The notes beneath the pieces are model-generated. The model saw only the letters and a list, made by a program, of their open reading frames with translations. It did not search any database and was not told the DNA's origin. The position numbers were made by a program, and so were the translations under genes. Shown in pieces: positions 24,603-36,020 of a stretch of 64,000 nt of DNA. Source of the DNA: Eledone cirrhosa (lineage: Eukaryota); assembly GCA_964016885.1 (NCBI GenBank), contig OZ024746.1, forward strand, positions 63,178,001 to 63,242,000, read 5' to 3'. Positions within the stretch are counted from its first letter, which is position 1. Every line of letters begins with the position of its first letter.

Positions 24603-26610
24603 TCATCATCATCATTTTTACGTCCATTTTTCCACACTTGCATGGGTGGGACGGGACCTTCTCAGCACAGCATCTCCCCACTTGCCATGTTTCTTTGTCA
24701 TATCCTCCATGAGTCTCAGTGATTTGAGGTCATCTCTCACCACCATTGTCCAGGTCTTTCTTGGTCTACCTCTAGTGCAGCTTCCTTTCACTAGAATTTC
24801 CTAGCACTTCTTCACCCATCAATCATCATCCATATGCATCACATGTTCATACCAAAGCAGTCTTCTCTCCTATACACCACCTCGGATTACTCTTAAACCC
24901 AGCTTCTCCCTCAGTTTATCCAAGCTCTCACATTTAGATTGCACATCTAATGAAGCATGGCTGCTTCCTTTCTCTCCAGTTTATGCATGTTTCACTACCA
25001 TGCAGCATCGCACTTCACACACAGCCATCATACAGTCATCCGTCTGTACACAGTGGGATTAGCTCTTTAAACTTCTTCCATCCTATTTTATTCTAGCTAT
25101 TATGGTCTCAGAGCACCTTCCTCTGCTGCTGATTAAGTCAACTACATAGCAGAAGCTATCAACCACTTCTATGGACTCTTCCTGTGACTTGTTGAGGCTT
25201 ATAACACTGACACTCTTCCCCTCAATTACTCCTGTGCATCTTCTACACACAAAGTCTTCCTTTTCTATTAGTTTACCTGTTATCCCACTACATCTCTTGT
25301 GTACCCAAGATTTACAATGCTTACATCATGGAGTTTATGCCTACACCTTTTCTATATATGGAGCAGGACCCCTTCCCTGAAATGAAAGGATCAGAGTCCT
25401 ATCTTCTCTCCTACCCACTAGCACTTTAGGTTTGATTGAGTTTACTCTCAGAGCTTTTGATTTGAAATTCGGTTTCCATAGTCGGAAATTATTTTCTAGT
25501 TCTTGTATGGATTTGGCTATAAGGACAAAATCATGTGCATAGAGAAGTTCCTATGGACAGCCAGTTCTAAACCCCTCCACTATGGTCTGGAGAACTATGA
25601 TGAACAGCAGTGGGCTAAGAACCGACCCTTGATGAACTCCTATCTGTACCTTGAATTCCGCACTAAATTAACTTTCTACTCTCACTTTACTAACAGACCT
25701 TCTATACATGGCTTGCACTTTTCTCACAAGCCATTCTTTTACACCTTCAAGACCACCAGATAATAGGTTGAGGTACTCTGTCAAAGGCCTTTTCCAGATC
25801 AACAAAACTAAATATAGTGATTTATTCTTAGCTAGGAACTTCTCTTGTAGTTGCCTCATCAAGAAAAGAACATCTACTTTCCCCATGCATGAAACCAAAC
25901 TGCATTTCGCCTTTGACTCTTTCCTTAATTACATGTCTGGTCATTCTGTTGGGTAGGTTGGGGGAGGTGTCTCTTCCTTCCATTCATTCTCTCCATTCAT
26001 CAATCTCTCATAACATTTCTAGGCCTCTTTCTTTTCAAAATCAGTGGCGCTAAATGCACTGGGGTCATTTCCCATTTTTTCCCAACATCTTCATTTATGC
26101 CAACACACTCCCTTGCAATGTGAAACACTTCATGTCTCTGGTCCTCGCATTGGCAAACTTTCTTTGTCCAGGCTCTCTCCAAGCTGTGTATACCTGTCTT
26201 CTAGCTTTTCCCTTAGCTACCTGATACTGGTCTCTGCTACCCCCATTTTTCCAGTCTTTCCCAACTTGTCTTTTAGCCTTAATAGCTCTATCCAATGTGC
26301 TGTTCCAGCACCAGGTCACCCTCTATATGGCTGGTGCTTTACTCTTGCCACAAGTCTCATCAGTAGTTTGCAAAAAGTTGTCACGTAAGAATTTCCAGTT
26401 GTCCTCATTGTTATGTGTATCTAGCTCGTCAACCGTCTCATCTACTGCCTCCTGGAGGGCCTTTCTAAACCTATATTTAACTCAAAGGTTCTTTAGCTGC
26501 CAAACCCTCCGTCTGCATATTTTCCTGTGTGTCTTGTTCTGTCTTCTGTTTATTTTGATGTTGCTAATAACTAACTTGTGTTGAGTGGTACATTCTTCCT
26601 CAGGGAAGGC
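24603..26610 (-). mobile_element. Decayed RTE-clade LINE (RT region to 3' tail)
   Basis: Fragments FLMRQLQEKFLAKNKSLY, GVKEWLVRKVQAMY, GVHQGSVLSPLLFI and WCWNSTLDRAIKAKRQ, plus a (GAT)n tail at 24603. Confidence 0.9.
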
Positions 26611-27418
26611 CTTAGAGTTTATTACATTCTACCTCAGGGAAAGCCTTAGAGTTTATTATCATTATTAATTGGAGTCACTGCACACCTAGATGGGTTGCCT
26701 TCACTTTAGCTTATGAAGTCCACGTCTGCTTCGTGCATTCGTTTTTAATTTGGAGTCACTGTCCTCCCAGATGGGTTGCTTTCACTACAGCTTATGGAGT
26801 CCACATCTGCACCATGCAGTCACTTTTAATCAGTCACAGCTTTCTGAAGTTCTCATCAATTATTAAATAAATACAGTATTATATTTTATAAATATTATAA
26901 ATATGAGGAAACAAGGAAAAAAATTGATGTGTTTCTTATTATATTGTAATAAAAAAAATATATAGATTACAGAGAGTTATGACTTCATGTAGCAGCAGAT
27001 GGACGATCATTAATCATGTAATTTCCTGGTGTGTAAAACCTTAATTGTTCATTAAGACAGGCTAGCACAGGATAAAAAAAAATTGACCCCTATTTCATAT
27101 GTGAAGTAAGTTTAAGGCATAATAACTAATCTCCTGTCTTAGTTGCATCATTTTAAGAAAGTCGTTCATTTATAATCCCAGTGTATCTAGCTGTTTGAAA
27201 GAGGTAGTTAAAGTTGAGCTAGAGGTATTAGATTAGCTAATGAAAGCAAAACAAGCCCCTAGGGAGGGACTGTTATATCCTTTTTTAGCTACAAAAGTAC
27301 TCATCACTAATCCTGAACATAATGACTTGAGAAAAAAACAAAAACAAAACATATGTGAAATATTTTAGAAAACATGAGAATACATGTTAGATCTCACATT
27401 TATGTATGTAAACAAATA

Positions 27419-27464
<46 letters not shown>

Positions 27465-27496
27465 ATATATATAATAGAAATGACTTCTACAGGACT

Positions 27497-27989
27497 TCTT
27501 ATCGTGTCCACAAGATTGTCAGTTACAGAGCTTGGCTAGATGTGGTTCCGCCATAGTTGAACACATTGCTGTCCTTTCTCATTAAAAGTCCAATGCTGTG
27601 CAGGGGTGTTCTATCAGGGGGCATATCAGGAGATGCTATGTAGTCTGTGGTTCAATGCTGCAATCACACACAATGTCCCCATCCTTTAAATGTCCCCCAT
27701 TTTGCAAGATTGACTTTTGCACATCCAACATCGGTCTTAGTCTGTTGAGGCATTTCTATACTGCATAGTTTGTATCTGTTCTGGGGGACAGTGCCTCACT
27801 CACCTTTAGCTCCATTGTTGTTACAGATGGGAGGTTAACTTTTTCTTCCCAGTGAGTGACTTTTTCACTACTTATGCTTGATGTTCCAAGAGGCATGACA
27901 CTCTTTAGGAAACTTTTCCTGGATTTAAGGTGGCTTTTGGCTGGCACATGGTCAAAGAGAGGATATTTTTGATCTGGAGTCTGTTGTTG
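27497..27989 (-). mobile_element. 5'-truncated Ingi/Vingi-like LINE with 11-bp TSD
   Basis: YPLFDHVPAKSHLKSRKSFL...LNRLR..VGCAKVNLAKWG...CDCSIEPQTT*HLLICP...CT..., ending GGACACGATAAGA. TSD TCTACAGGACT at 27486-27496 and 27990-28000. Confidence 0.75.
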
Positions 27990-28404
27990 TCTACAGGACT
28001 AGAATTGTTTCATTTGTAAAATGATTTCTTACAAATGAAACAGTTCTAGTCCTGAAGAAGTCATATGTATAATAAAATGAATATGTCAAAACTCTACTAA
28101 TGTGTTCATCATCATCATCATCATCATTTTACGTCCGCTTTTTCCCTGCTTGCAAGGGTGGGACGGGAACTGATTCTGGCTTGATTTCTACAGCTGGATG
28201 CCCTTCCTAACACCAACCTCATTTACAGTGAGTGCTGGGTGTTTTTTTGCCGCGGCACCCCCACGACCACTTTGCAGTGGAATGATAGTGTTGAGTACCT
28301 TTTTTAGCTGTGGTCACCTCTCAATATACATTGGGAACCCACCTATATATATAAAAAGAATGGTGTGCTCATGTGCTGGGATGCTATAAAATAGGGTGAA
28401 GACC

Positions 28405-28602
28405 TTAACCCTTTAGCATTTACATTACTCTACATATACTATTGTATTTTCGTGGTAAAGGCTTTATCCAGCCAGAATTCTCTTACTGCCACTCATACTG
28501 ATGTTGAGGCATTGTTCTCAAATTAAATTCATCAAAATCTCATAGATTCGATATTATATGATCTGTTAGAAATACCAGCCATTTCCACTTCAAAAGGTTT
28601 AA
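28405..28602. mobile_element. piggyBac-type MITE with internally inverted segment
   Basis: TTAA-CCCTTTAG left end; 28470-28560 is the reverse complement of the family's internal sequence. Confidence 0.65.
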
Positions 28603-28699
28603 GGATCAGATTTACCCCTCAAGGCATTCCATATTTTAAATGAACAAACAATAAATTGGAGAGGATTATGGGAATAAAACCAATTTGAATGTTGTGAAG

Positions 28700-28905
28700 T
28701 GAAATGGAATGAGATGATTAAGTCATGTGTTGAGGAGGGATAAAGGTAACTGGGTGAGAGAAATTATTGAAATGGATGTGGAAGGAAGTAGAGGAAGGGG
28801 AAGACCAAGAACAACATGGATAGAAATGATAGAAGAGGAAATGGAAGCCAGGGGTTAATGAGGGGTGTGTGCAAGTGGTAGGGAAAAGTGGAGAAGTTTG
28901 TCATG
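28700..28905 (+). mobile_element. RTE LINE 3' fragment
   Basis: SHVLRRDKGNWVREIIEMDVEGSRGRGRPRTTWIEMIEEEM. Confidence 0.8.
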
Positions 28906-28967
28906 GGGGGCTCACTTAAAATGCCTTATTTGACCAAAATTAGTCATTTAGATAATCATTGTTTTCA

Positions 28968-29140
28968 TTTGGCAGTATCGGTAGAGGGTCGGATGCCATG
29001 CTTTCCAGCATAGTTACGTCCCTTTACGATCTGAGTTCAAATCCCGCTGAGATTAACTTTGCCTTTCATCCTTACGGGGTCGATAAAATAAAGTACCAGT
29101 AATGCACTGGGTAATTGCTGGCCTTGTGCCTAAAGTAGAA
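28968..29140 (+). mobile_element. tRNA-derived SINE (young short subfamily)
   Basis: Near-identical to the copies at 45179, 50350 and 51917. Confidence 0.9.
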
Positions 29141-29420
29141 ATTATTAAGTGCATAATTTTAATTAAATATATTTCTTAGTTTACTACATCAAGCATGTTA
29201 GCATCAACTTTACTAATAAAATAATTAAATAACTCTAACATAAGACCAAACTAAAATTCACTGGACTCAGCCACTATCTTGAATATATATATCCAAGATA
29301 GTGGCTGAGTCCAGTGAATTTATAAATATATATGTGATTGAACAAATAAAACCAAACAAACACAGGAATGCAAAAATACAAAGTTTTATTAAGTTCACAC
29401 TTAAAGGATGTGGAGGAGAG

Positions 29421-29454
29421 TTCTATATTTCAGACGGAAGTCCTTCGTCAGGAA
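29421..29454 (-). ncRNA. Minimal type I hammerhead ribozyme
   Basis: Minus strand: UUC-CUGACGA-A-GGAC uucc GUCU-GAAA-UA-UA-GAA, with AATAAA ~30 nt downstream. Stem I is only 3 bp. Confidence 0.6.
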
Positions 29455-30255
29455 ATGGAGAGTTCAGATAGGGAAAGAACAGGGAGGTACATGAAATTTT
29501 GGAAAAGATTGTTAGGTTGGGGGTGGTAGGCGAGTGGTCCGGCATTCAGGAGTGGGGACCGAAGTTGAGAGTGGAAGTGTGCCATAGTTGTAGTTGTGTG
29601 TGTGTGCTGATGAGATGAAATTGGTAGGTGTGCATTACTGCTTCAGTTTGTGTATGTGTGTGAACACTTATGTGTCTCTGGGTCTTATATTGTTAGTTAG
29701 TGTACACTAGTGTGTGTGTGTGTGTGTGTGTGTGTCTGAGTTCCTTGTTATTTTTGTGCATGTGTGTGTGTGTGTATGAATGTGTGTGTATGTGACTTTT
29801 TCTATTGATTCTATGTATGTGAGTTTGTATGTTTGTGCTTGTGTATATTTTCATGTGTGTCAGATGAGCGTGTGTATCTGACTTTACGTATTGTCTGTAG
29901 TGGAATTATTTTGTGTGCATGTGTGTGAGGGTGAGTGTGTGTATGTTTATGTATGGGTATGTCTGTATGTGTATGTATCTGAATATCTATGCGGTGGCAC
30001 TTCCAGAACGCAAGTGACAGCGTGTGTGTATATATATATGTGCGTGTGTGTATTGGTGGTACAGGGGTATATAGTAGAAATTTGGCCCAACGGCTGAGCT
30101 CTTGCCGTTTCGGCAGTAATATATATATCAACATATTGTTTAACGTCCATTTTCAACACTTGCATGAATTAAAAATGAGTGAACTGGGTAGATTTTGGCG
30201 TCACCACCTTGGCCATCTTATAGGGTACTTATACACACATATATATATATATATA

Positions 30256-30445
30256 TAATATAGAAATGGCTTCTACAGGACTAGAACTGTTTCATTCGAA
30301 GGAAATCATCAAGAAAGCCCTGATGATTTCCTTCGAATGAAACAGTTCTAGTCCTATAGAAGCCATTTCTATATTAAAAATCTATACTCTGCTATGTATT
30401 GAGTACCTTACTTACTGAGGTTACCCCCGATTGAACCTGGGATAC
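30256..30445 (+). mobile_element. Fold-back element with hammerhead-like core; relatives at 27471-28060 and 39485-39668
   Basis: 56-bp arms at 30256-30311 / 30321-30376 containing CTGATGA-T-TTC cttc GAA-T-GAAACAGTT, a TATTGAGTACC tail, and (TA)n/(CA)n flanks. Confidence 0.75.
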
Positions 30446-30473
30446 ACACACACATATATATATATATTTATTT

Positions 30474-30532
<59 letters not shown>

Positions 30533-31459
30533 TCCTCACCAGTTTAATTACGTCCCGTCCCGTTACGTTCTGAGTTCAAATCTCGCCGGGGTTAACTTTG
30601 TCTTTCATCCTTATGAGTTCGATAAAATGTAGTAGCAGTAATGCACTGGGGTCGATTTAATCGACTTTCCCTTTCCCTTCAAATTACTGGCCTTGTGCCA
30701 AAAGCAGAAACAAGTATGTTATTCTAATGAGACCTGGGTGGGGCTAACTTAATAGTCGAGTCATATTTTTAACAGAAACTCCGCAAGTGGTCAAATCCCC
30801 CAAATATATAATCAAATTCCAACGTCACACCCAGTCTAAGATTCTTCAACTGATAACGGGTCTCCATCAAGAATCGAAACCGAAAAGGCAAGCATCCGGC
30901 GAACTGTAAAGGAGGAGTCGGTTTGCTTCTTTTTTCATAATGTGAGGAAAGCGTAAAGCTATATAAATTGTTTCTACTTTTGGCACAAGGCCAGCAATTA
31001 CTCTAGTACATGACTGGTACTTTATTTTATCGACCCCGTAAATGTGAAATGTAAAGTTAAATGGATAAATATAATAACTGAGAAACGTTGAGCTATAAAC
31101 TAATTGGATATTAATGAATAAATAATATATTTTATAAATATTGTTAAAAGAATTCGACATAGTGGATGTGATGCTAGTTTATAATTATCTTGGAATGGTA
31201 AGATTTGCAACAGTTTTCTCGAAGAAATTCCATTATAAAATGAATGAAACCTGTATAGAACAAGCTGAAAATATGAATTATGTAACGAATCGAAAAACTT
31301 CAATAGCTATTGTTTTCGTTATATTTAAATGCAACAATTAAAAAATATTTTTTTTAATAATTATTTTTGTCTTGAAAATAATTTATAACTCAAAAATAAA
31401 AAATAAATTTTATGTAAAATATATATCATTTTTATAAACAGTTCCCTTAAATATTAAAA

Positions 31460-31727
31460 CTTAACGACGAAGTGATCCAGAAGGAAACGAAACGAAACAA
31501 CGCACTGAGACTTACGATTTGCTTTTTATAGCTATTATTAGATGCATCGTCGTTAACCGTAAACAGAAGAACTTAGTAGAGATTGGAGCGAAAGCTATGA
31601 GTAGCCAGCTCCTTCTGACTAGTACTACTATTACTTCAACGTTACTATTACACATTGGATTGACACTGTTATTACAGCAATAGTTTCTGGATTATATATA
31701 CACACATACAACATGTGGCTGGTAAGA
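31460..31727 (+). promoter_or_regulatory. Candidate promoter / first exon with splice donor
   Basis: Unique, CpG-retaining sequence. ACAAC-ATG-TGG-CTG|GTAAGA donor at 31722, and a 28-codon upstream ORF at 31597-31683. Inference only. Confidence 0.35.
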
Positions 31728-31940
31728 ATTATATTTCTGGTATATTTTTCTAATATCTCATTTTCAGGTGCGTGGTGATAGATATTATATATTTAGTAAT
31801 TAATAAAATATGTAATTGTGTCTATAGTATAATGTATATATATATATATAAAGTGCTGTAAACAGGCCAAACACATGTATATCAATGTGTGTGTAAATAT
31901 ATAAATGGTTTATAATGTGAGTTGAAACATGTTTAAAAGT

Positions 31941-32146
31941 TTGACCATACATACGACTTTTAGCTGTGTAATTGACTTATAATTATAAAGACGATTTTAT
32001 CTTTAGAGAATATATCTAATTTAAAATAATTTAACATTCAATTTTGACCATACATACGACTTTTAGCTGTGTAATTAACTTATAATTATAAAGACGATTT
32101 TATCCTTAGAGAATATATCTAATTTAAAATAATTTAACATTCAATT
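31941..32146. repeat. 103-bp tandem duplication
   Basis: 31941-32043 and 32044-32146 differ at only ~2 positions. Confidence 0.95.
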
Positions 32147-32703
32147 TTTCTTTTAATTATAATTTTCAAAGTGCTACAACTTTCCCAGAAAACATAATAT
32201 ATAACGTAACGGTTTGATTTGTTTAGAACTTATGGTCCGGTTTCGACATGGTCTCTCGTACACAAACTATCGAATGTTATAACCTAATGTTATAACCCAA
32301 TAAATTTATATACGATGTAATTGTTTTTTTCTTATGATAATTATTACAGTCTTCTCTCTATTCAAACTCCTTCCTTTTATTTGTCTTTTAGACCCAGATT
32401 TAAATCGATCTCTCTCTCCACACTGTTGTTGCTCGGCCGCCTTTTTTCATGCTTATTTATTTATATATAGATTTTCGGTTTTTAGACGTCTTACAACATA
32501 TTTTATCATCTTGGTGCTAATATATAACCTTTGAATTTCTTTTGCATCCTTATGTCTTCTGTCGGGAATCTTTACTCTAAACATCCCATCTCGTAGTAAA
32601 ATTTCATTTCAATATTTCGCGGTATATTTTCTGCTACCCTTCTACTTGATCAATCTGGACCCTATAATTTTATTTTTATTAGTTCTAAATTTTTAGTGCT
32701 GTA

Positions 32704-33365
32704 GTGTGTATATGCATGTATATGTGTATATGCATGTATATATGTGTATATGCATGTATATATGTGTATATGCATGTATATATGTGTATATGCATGTATA
32801 TATGTGTATATGCATGTATATATGTGTATATGCATGTATATATGTGTATATGCATGTATATATGTGTATATGCATGTATATGTGTATATGCATGTATGTG
32901 TATATGCATGTATGTGTATATGCATGTATGTGTATATGCATGTATGTGTATATGCATGTATGTGTATATGCATGTATGTATGTGTATATGCATGTATGTA
33001 TGTGTATATGCATGTATATATGTGTATATGCATGTATGTGTATATGCATGTATGTGTATATGCATGTATATATGTGTATATGCATGTATATATGTGTATA
33101 TGTATATATGTGTGTGTATGTATATATGTGTATATGCATGTATATATGTGTATATGCATGTATATGTGTATATGCATGTATATGTGTGTATGTATATATG
33201 TGTGTGTATGTATATATGTGTGTGTATGTATGTGTATGTATGTATGTGTATGTATGTATATGTATGTATGTATGTGTATGTATGTATATGTATGTATGTA
33301 TATGTGTATGTATATTTATGTGTATATATATATATGTATTTATATATACACACACACACACACAC
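32704..33365. repeat. Minisatellite of TATGCATGTATATATGTGTA-type 16-20-bp units grading into (TATG)n
   Basis: Directly visible; the source of the ORFs at 32662-33517. Confidence 0.97.
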
Positions 33366-33832
33366 TTATGCGAAAGACTCTAGTGCTGTATAATATACAC
33401 AATTATTCGCAATCAACTTTCAGTAACACAGTTTCGAAAGTAAATTACAAGAATGTGTGCCGCCTTATTCAATTAATTCTAAATATAAATAAGATATCTA
33501 AATTAAAATGGCTCTAAAGTCTCGAATATGTGAATACCAGCATGCAGGAATGATATTGTGTATATATATTTATTTACTTAGAACAAAAGGCAAGTGGACC
33601 CTATCAAATGCCAGCCGTGTTCTTAACTTCACGGATGGATGGTTTTATATATGAAATCACCTCCTACTGAATAATCTGATATTTTATTGTAATTACGTAT
33701 ATATTCCCTATACATTTTAGTTTTCTGTTTTTTTAAAATATATCTATATAATTACAGTCCATCGTTTTTGCCTTCGGTATGCATTTGTTTTTGTTAAATT
33801 CGCTGTATATTTTTGGTAGTTATTGTTTTTAG

Positions 33833-33966
33833 AAGGGGCCATCGCCATTGTGTGATGAAGCTGTGAAACAGAGTGACAGCCAAACAGGAGGGAAGAAAGA
33901 ACCATGGCACCAACTAGAAGAAACTGTTGCTTTGTTCATCACTCTCAGCTCCGTGGCTGTTGAATG
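33833..33966 (+). other. Candidate exon (unassigned)
   Basis: Polypyrimidine tract plus TTTTTAG acceptor and an abrupt rise in GC. The phase-0 frame is open for 44 codons (KGPSPLCDEAVKQ...SSVAVE*). No homology was recognised. Confidence 0.3.
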
Positions 33967-34691
33967 ATCGATATTATTTTAGATTCTATATATACCTTCT
34001 TCTAGAGGTTTTATGAGGATTTTCTTTTTCTTTTGAATTTGTGGTTCATTATAGACTTAAAGATAATATAGAACTGACTAGTGCACTCGCGTATAAATAA
34101 ATACACACTTAAATGAATCCATACACGCACACACACGCGCGCGCGCGCACAAAGGAGTCAACGATAGTCTGTGTGTGCTCACAAGATATGCTAAAAATGG
34201 CAGTAAAACATTCTAAAGAAAATAGAAAGAGAAAATGGATAATGTCAAAGAAATCCTGTTTGAAAAGATGAAATGTTGTTCTCGACCAGGGCTAACCTGG
34301 AGTTAAACGTACGGACGCGCAATTTTATTGTGGTGGTGTCAATGTGAGCTATATTCAAATATGCTATTATATTCGCTTTTACTTTATTATTGTTATTTAA
34401 TATATATATGTTAATAAAAGATACACCCACCCACGCGTGTGTGTGTGTTCGTGTATAATTCTTTACCGAATGCGATCTCTTCTTAGTAGTAAATGGCGTT
34501 GGAGATAGGGGCTGATTTGAAATCCTACACTGATTCTAACAGAATTCATATTTATTAAACTGATAAATCTGCTTTAATATAATTTTATTTCCTATATAAC
34601 ACGGTCTAGGCAAATGGAATCCATGACCCGGTTTCATTTATCAAGTTATTGGGAAATGCATAAACGTCTCAACATTCCATTCTTCTAAAAA

Positions 34692-34756
<65 letters not shown>

Positions 34757-35560
34757 CACACACACAGCCGAAGAAATTAGTGTTGCTGCGGTGTGTGTAA
34801 GGAGCTTACGACTGACAATTGAGTCAACGAACCGAGTTATTTTTTTTTTTTTTTTTTACATCCTCTTTATAGTTGCTTTCATTCCTTACGAGGAAAGAAT
34901 GAATTTCACAACATCTATTCCAGCCACCCCCTCTTTAAATCAGACCCAATGCCTTATAATACAATGACAGCATTATTATATTTCTATAATATTGATTGTT
35001 TTGTTTTTCTTTCAATGCAGTGTGTTGCACATTCTTGCATATTCCAACTAGTTTCCTATTGTTGAATGCTTAGCAATGTGTTGCATGCTGGCTGCTAGTT
35101 TTCACAGAACTCTAGCAGACTGGCATAACATTTCGGAAGCCATTTCTTTTACACTCACATTCTTCCATTCTGATCCATTGAATTTTCCCTTTTTATTCTT
35201 CTCTCTCTCATGTGCGACATTAGCTCTGTGTGTCTGTGATAAAAAAAAATATCTACAATAGGGTTTTTCTTTTAATTCTTGGATATTAAAAAAAAAATCT
35301 TATTTTACTGTAAGTCATAATTTTATTTTAAATAAATGATTTGCAGGTTACATACAAATTAATGTCAGAATATTCCAAAGCTTAGAATAACATCTGTTTC
35401 TCATTACTGTTGCTCAAATGTATGGTTTTCTGCCAAGGGTCTTGGCTGAAGATATCTTTTGAAAATTTGAAACCTTCCATTATTGCACTTTCCGTATTTT
35501 ACACTTTAGCTAGAATACGATTCTTATATATATATATATATATATATAGAAAAATAAATA

Positions 35561-35975
35561 TACACGGGTGTGTATGATTGTGTATAGAAGATTATATTAA
35601 TAAAAGGAATTCCAACTTTGTCTGATTTACTCGTTTTATTTACAATCCTTTAAAATTTATAATGGTATTAGAATGAAATAGTATGGTAGAATATTAAATG
35701 TTAAGTGTTAATTGAACAAGTACTTTCATGCTTTCGCAATCTTCAGGTTCATAATGTGTGGTGACAGTCAAGTTTGCAATTTTCAACTGTGGAAAATTGC
35801 AAACTTGACTGTCACCACATATTATGAACCTGAAGATTGCGAAAGCATGAAAGTACTTGTTCAATTAACACTTAACATTTAATATTCTACCATACTATTT
35901 CATTCTAATACCATTATAAATTTTAAAGGATTGTAAATAAAACGAGTAAATCAGACAAAGTTGGAATTCCTTTTA

Positions 35976-35983
<8 letters not shown>
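35561..35983. mobile_element. Fold-back element (~191-bp arms) with two complete hammerhead motifs
   Basis: Arms at 35593-35784 / 35792-35983 are almost perfect. Hammerheads lie at 35713-35751 (-) and 35825-35863 (+), with (TA)n on both sides. Confidence 0.9.

Positions 35984-36020
<37 letters not shown>

Noticed and set aside
33835-33963. Several in-frame TGA codons suggesting a selenoprotein
   Set aside because: No selenoprotein homology was recognised, and the ATGA-containing hairpin near 34610-34680 lacks SECIS geometry.
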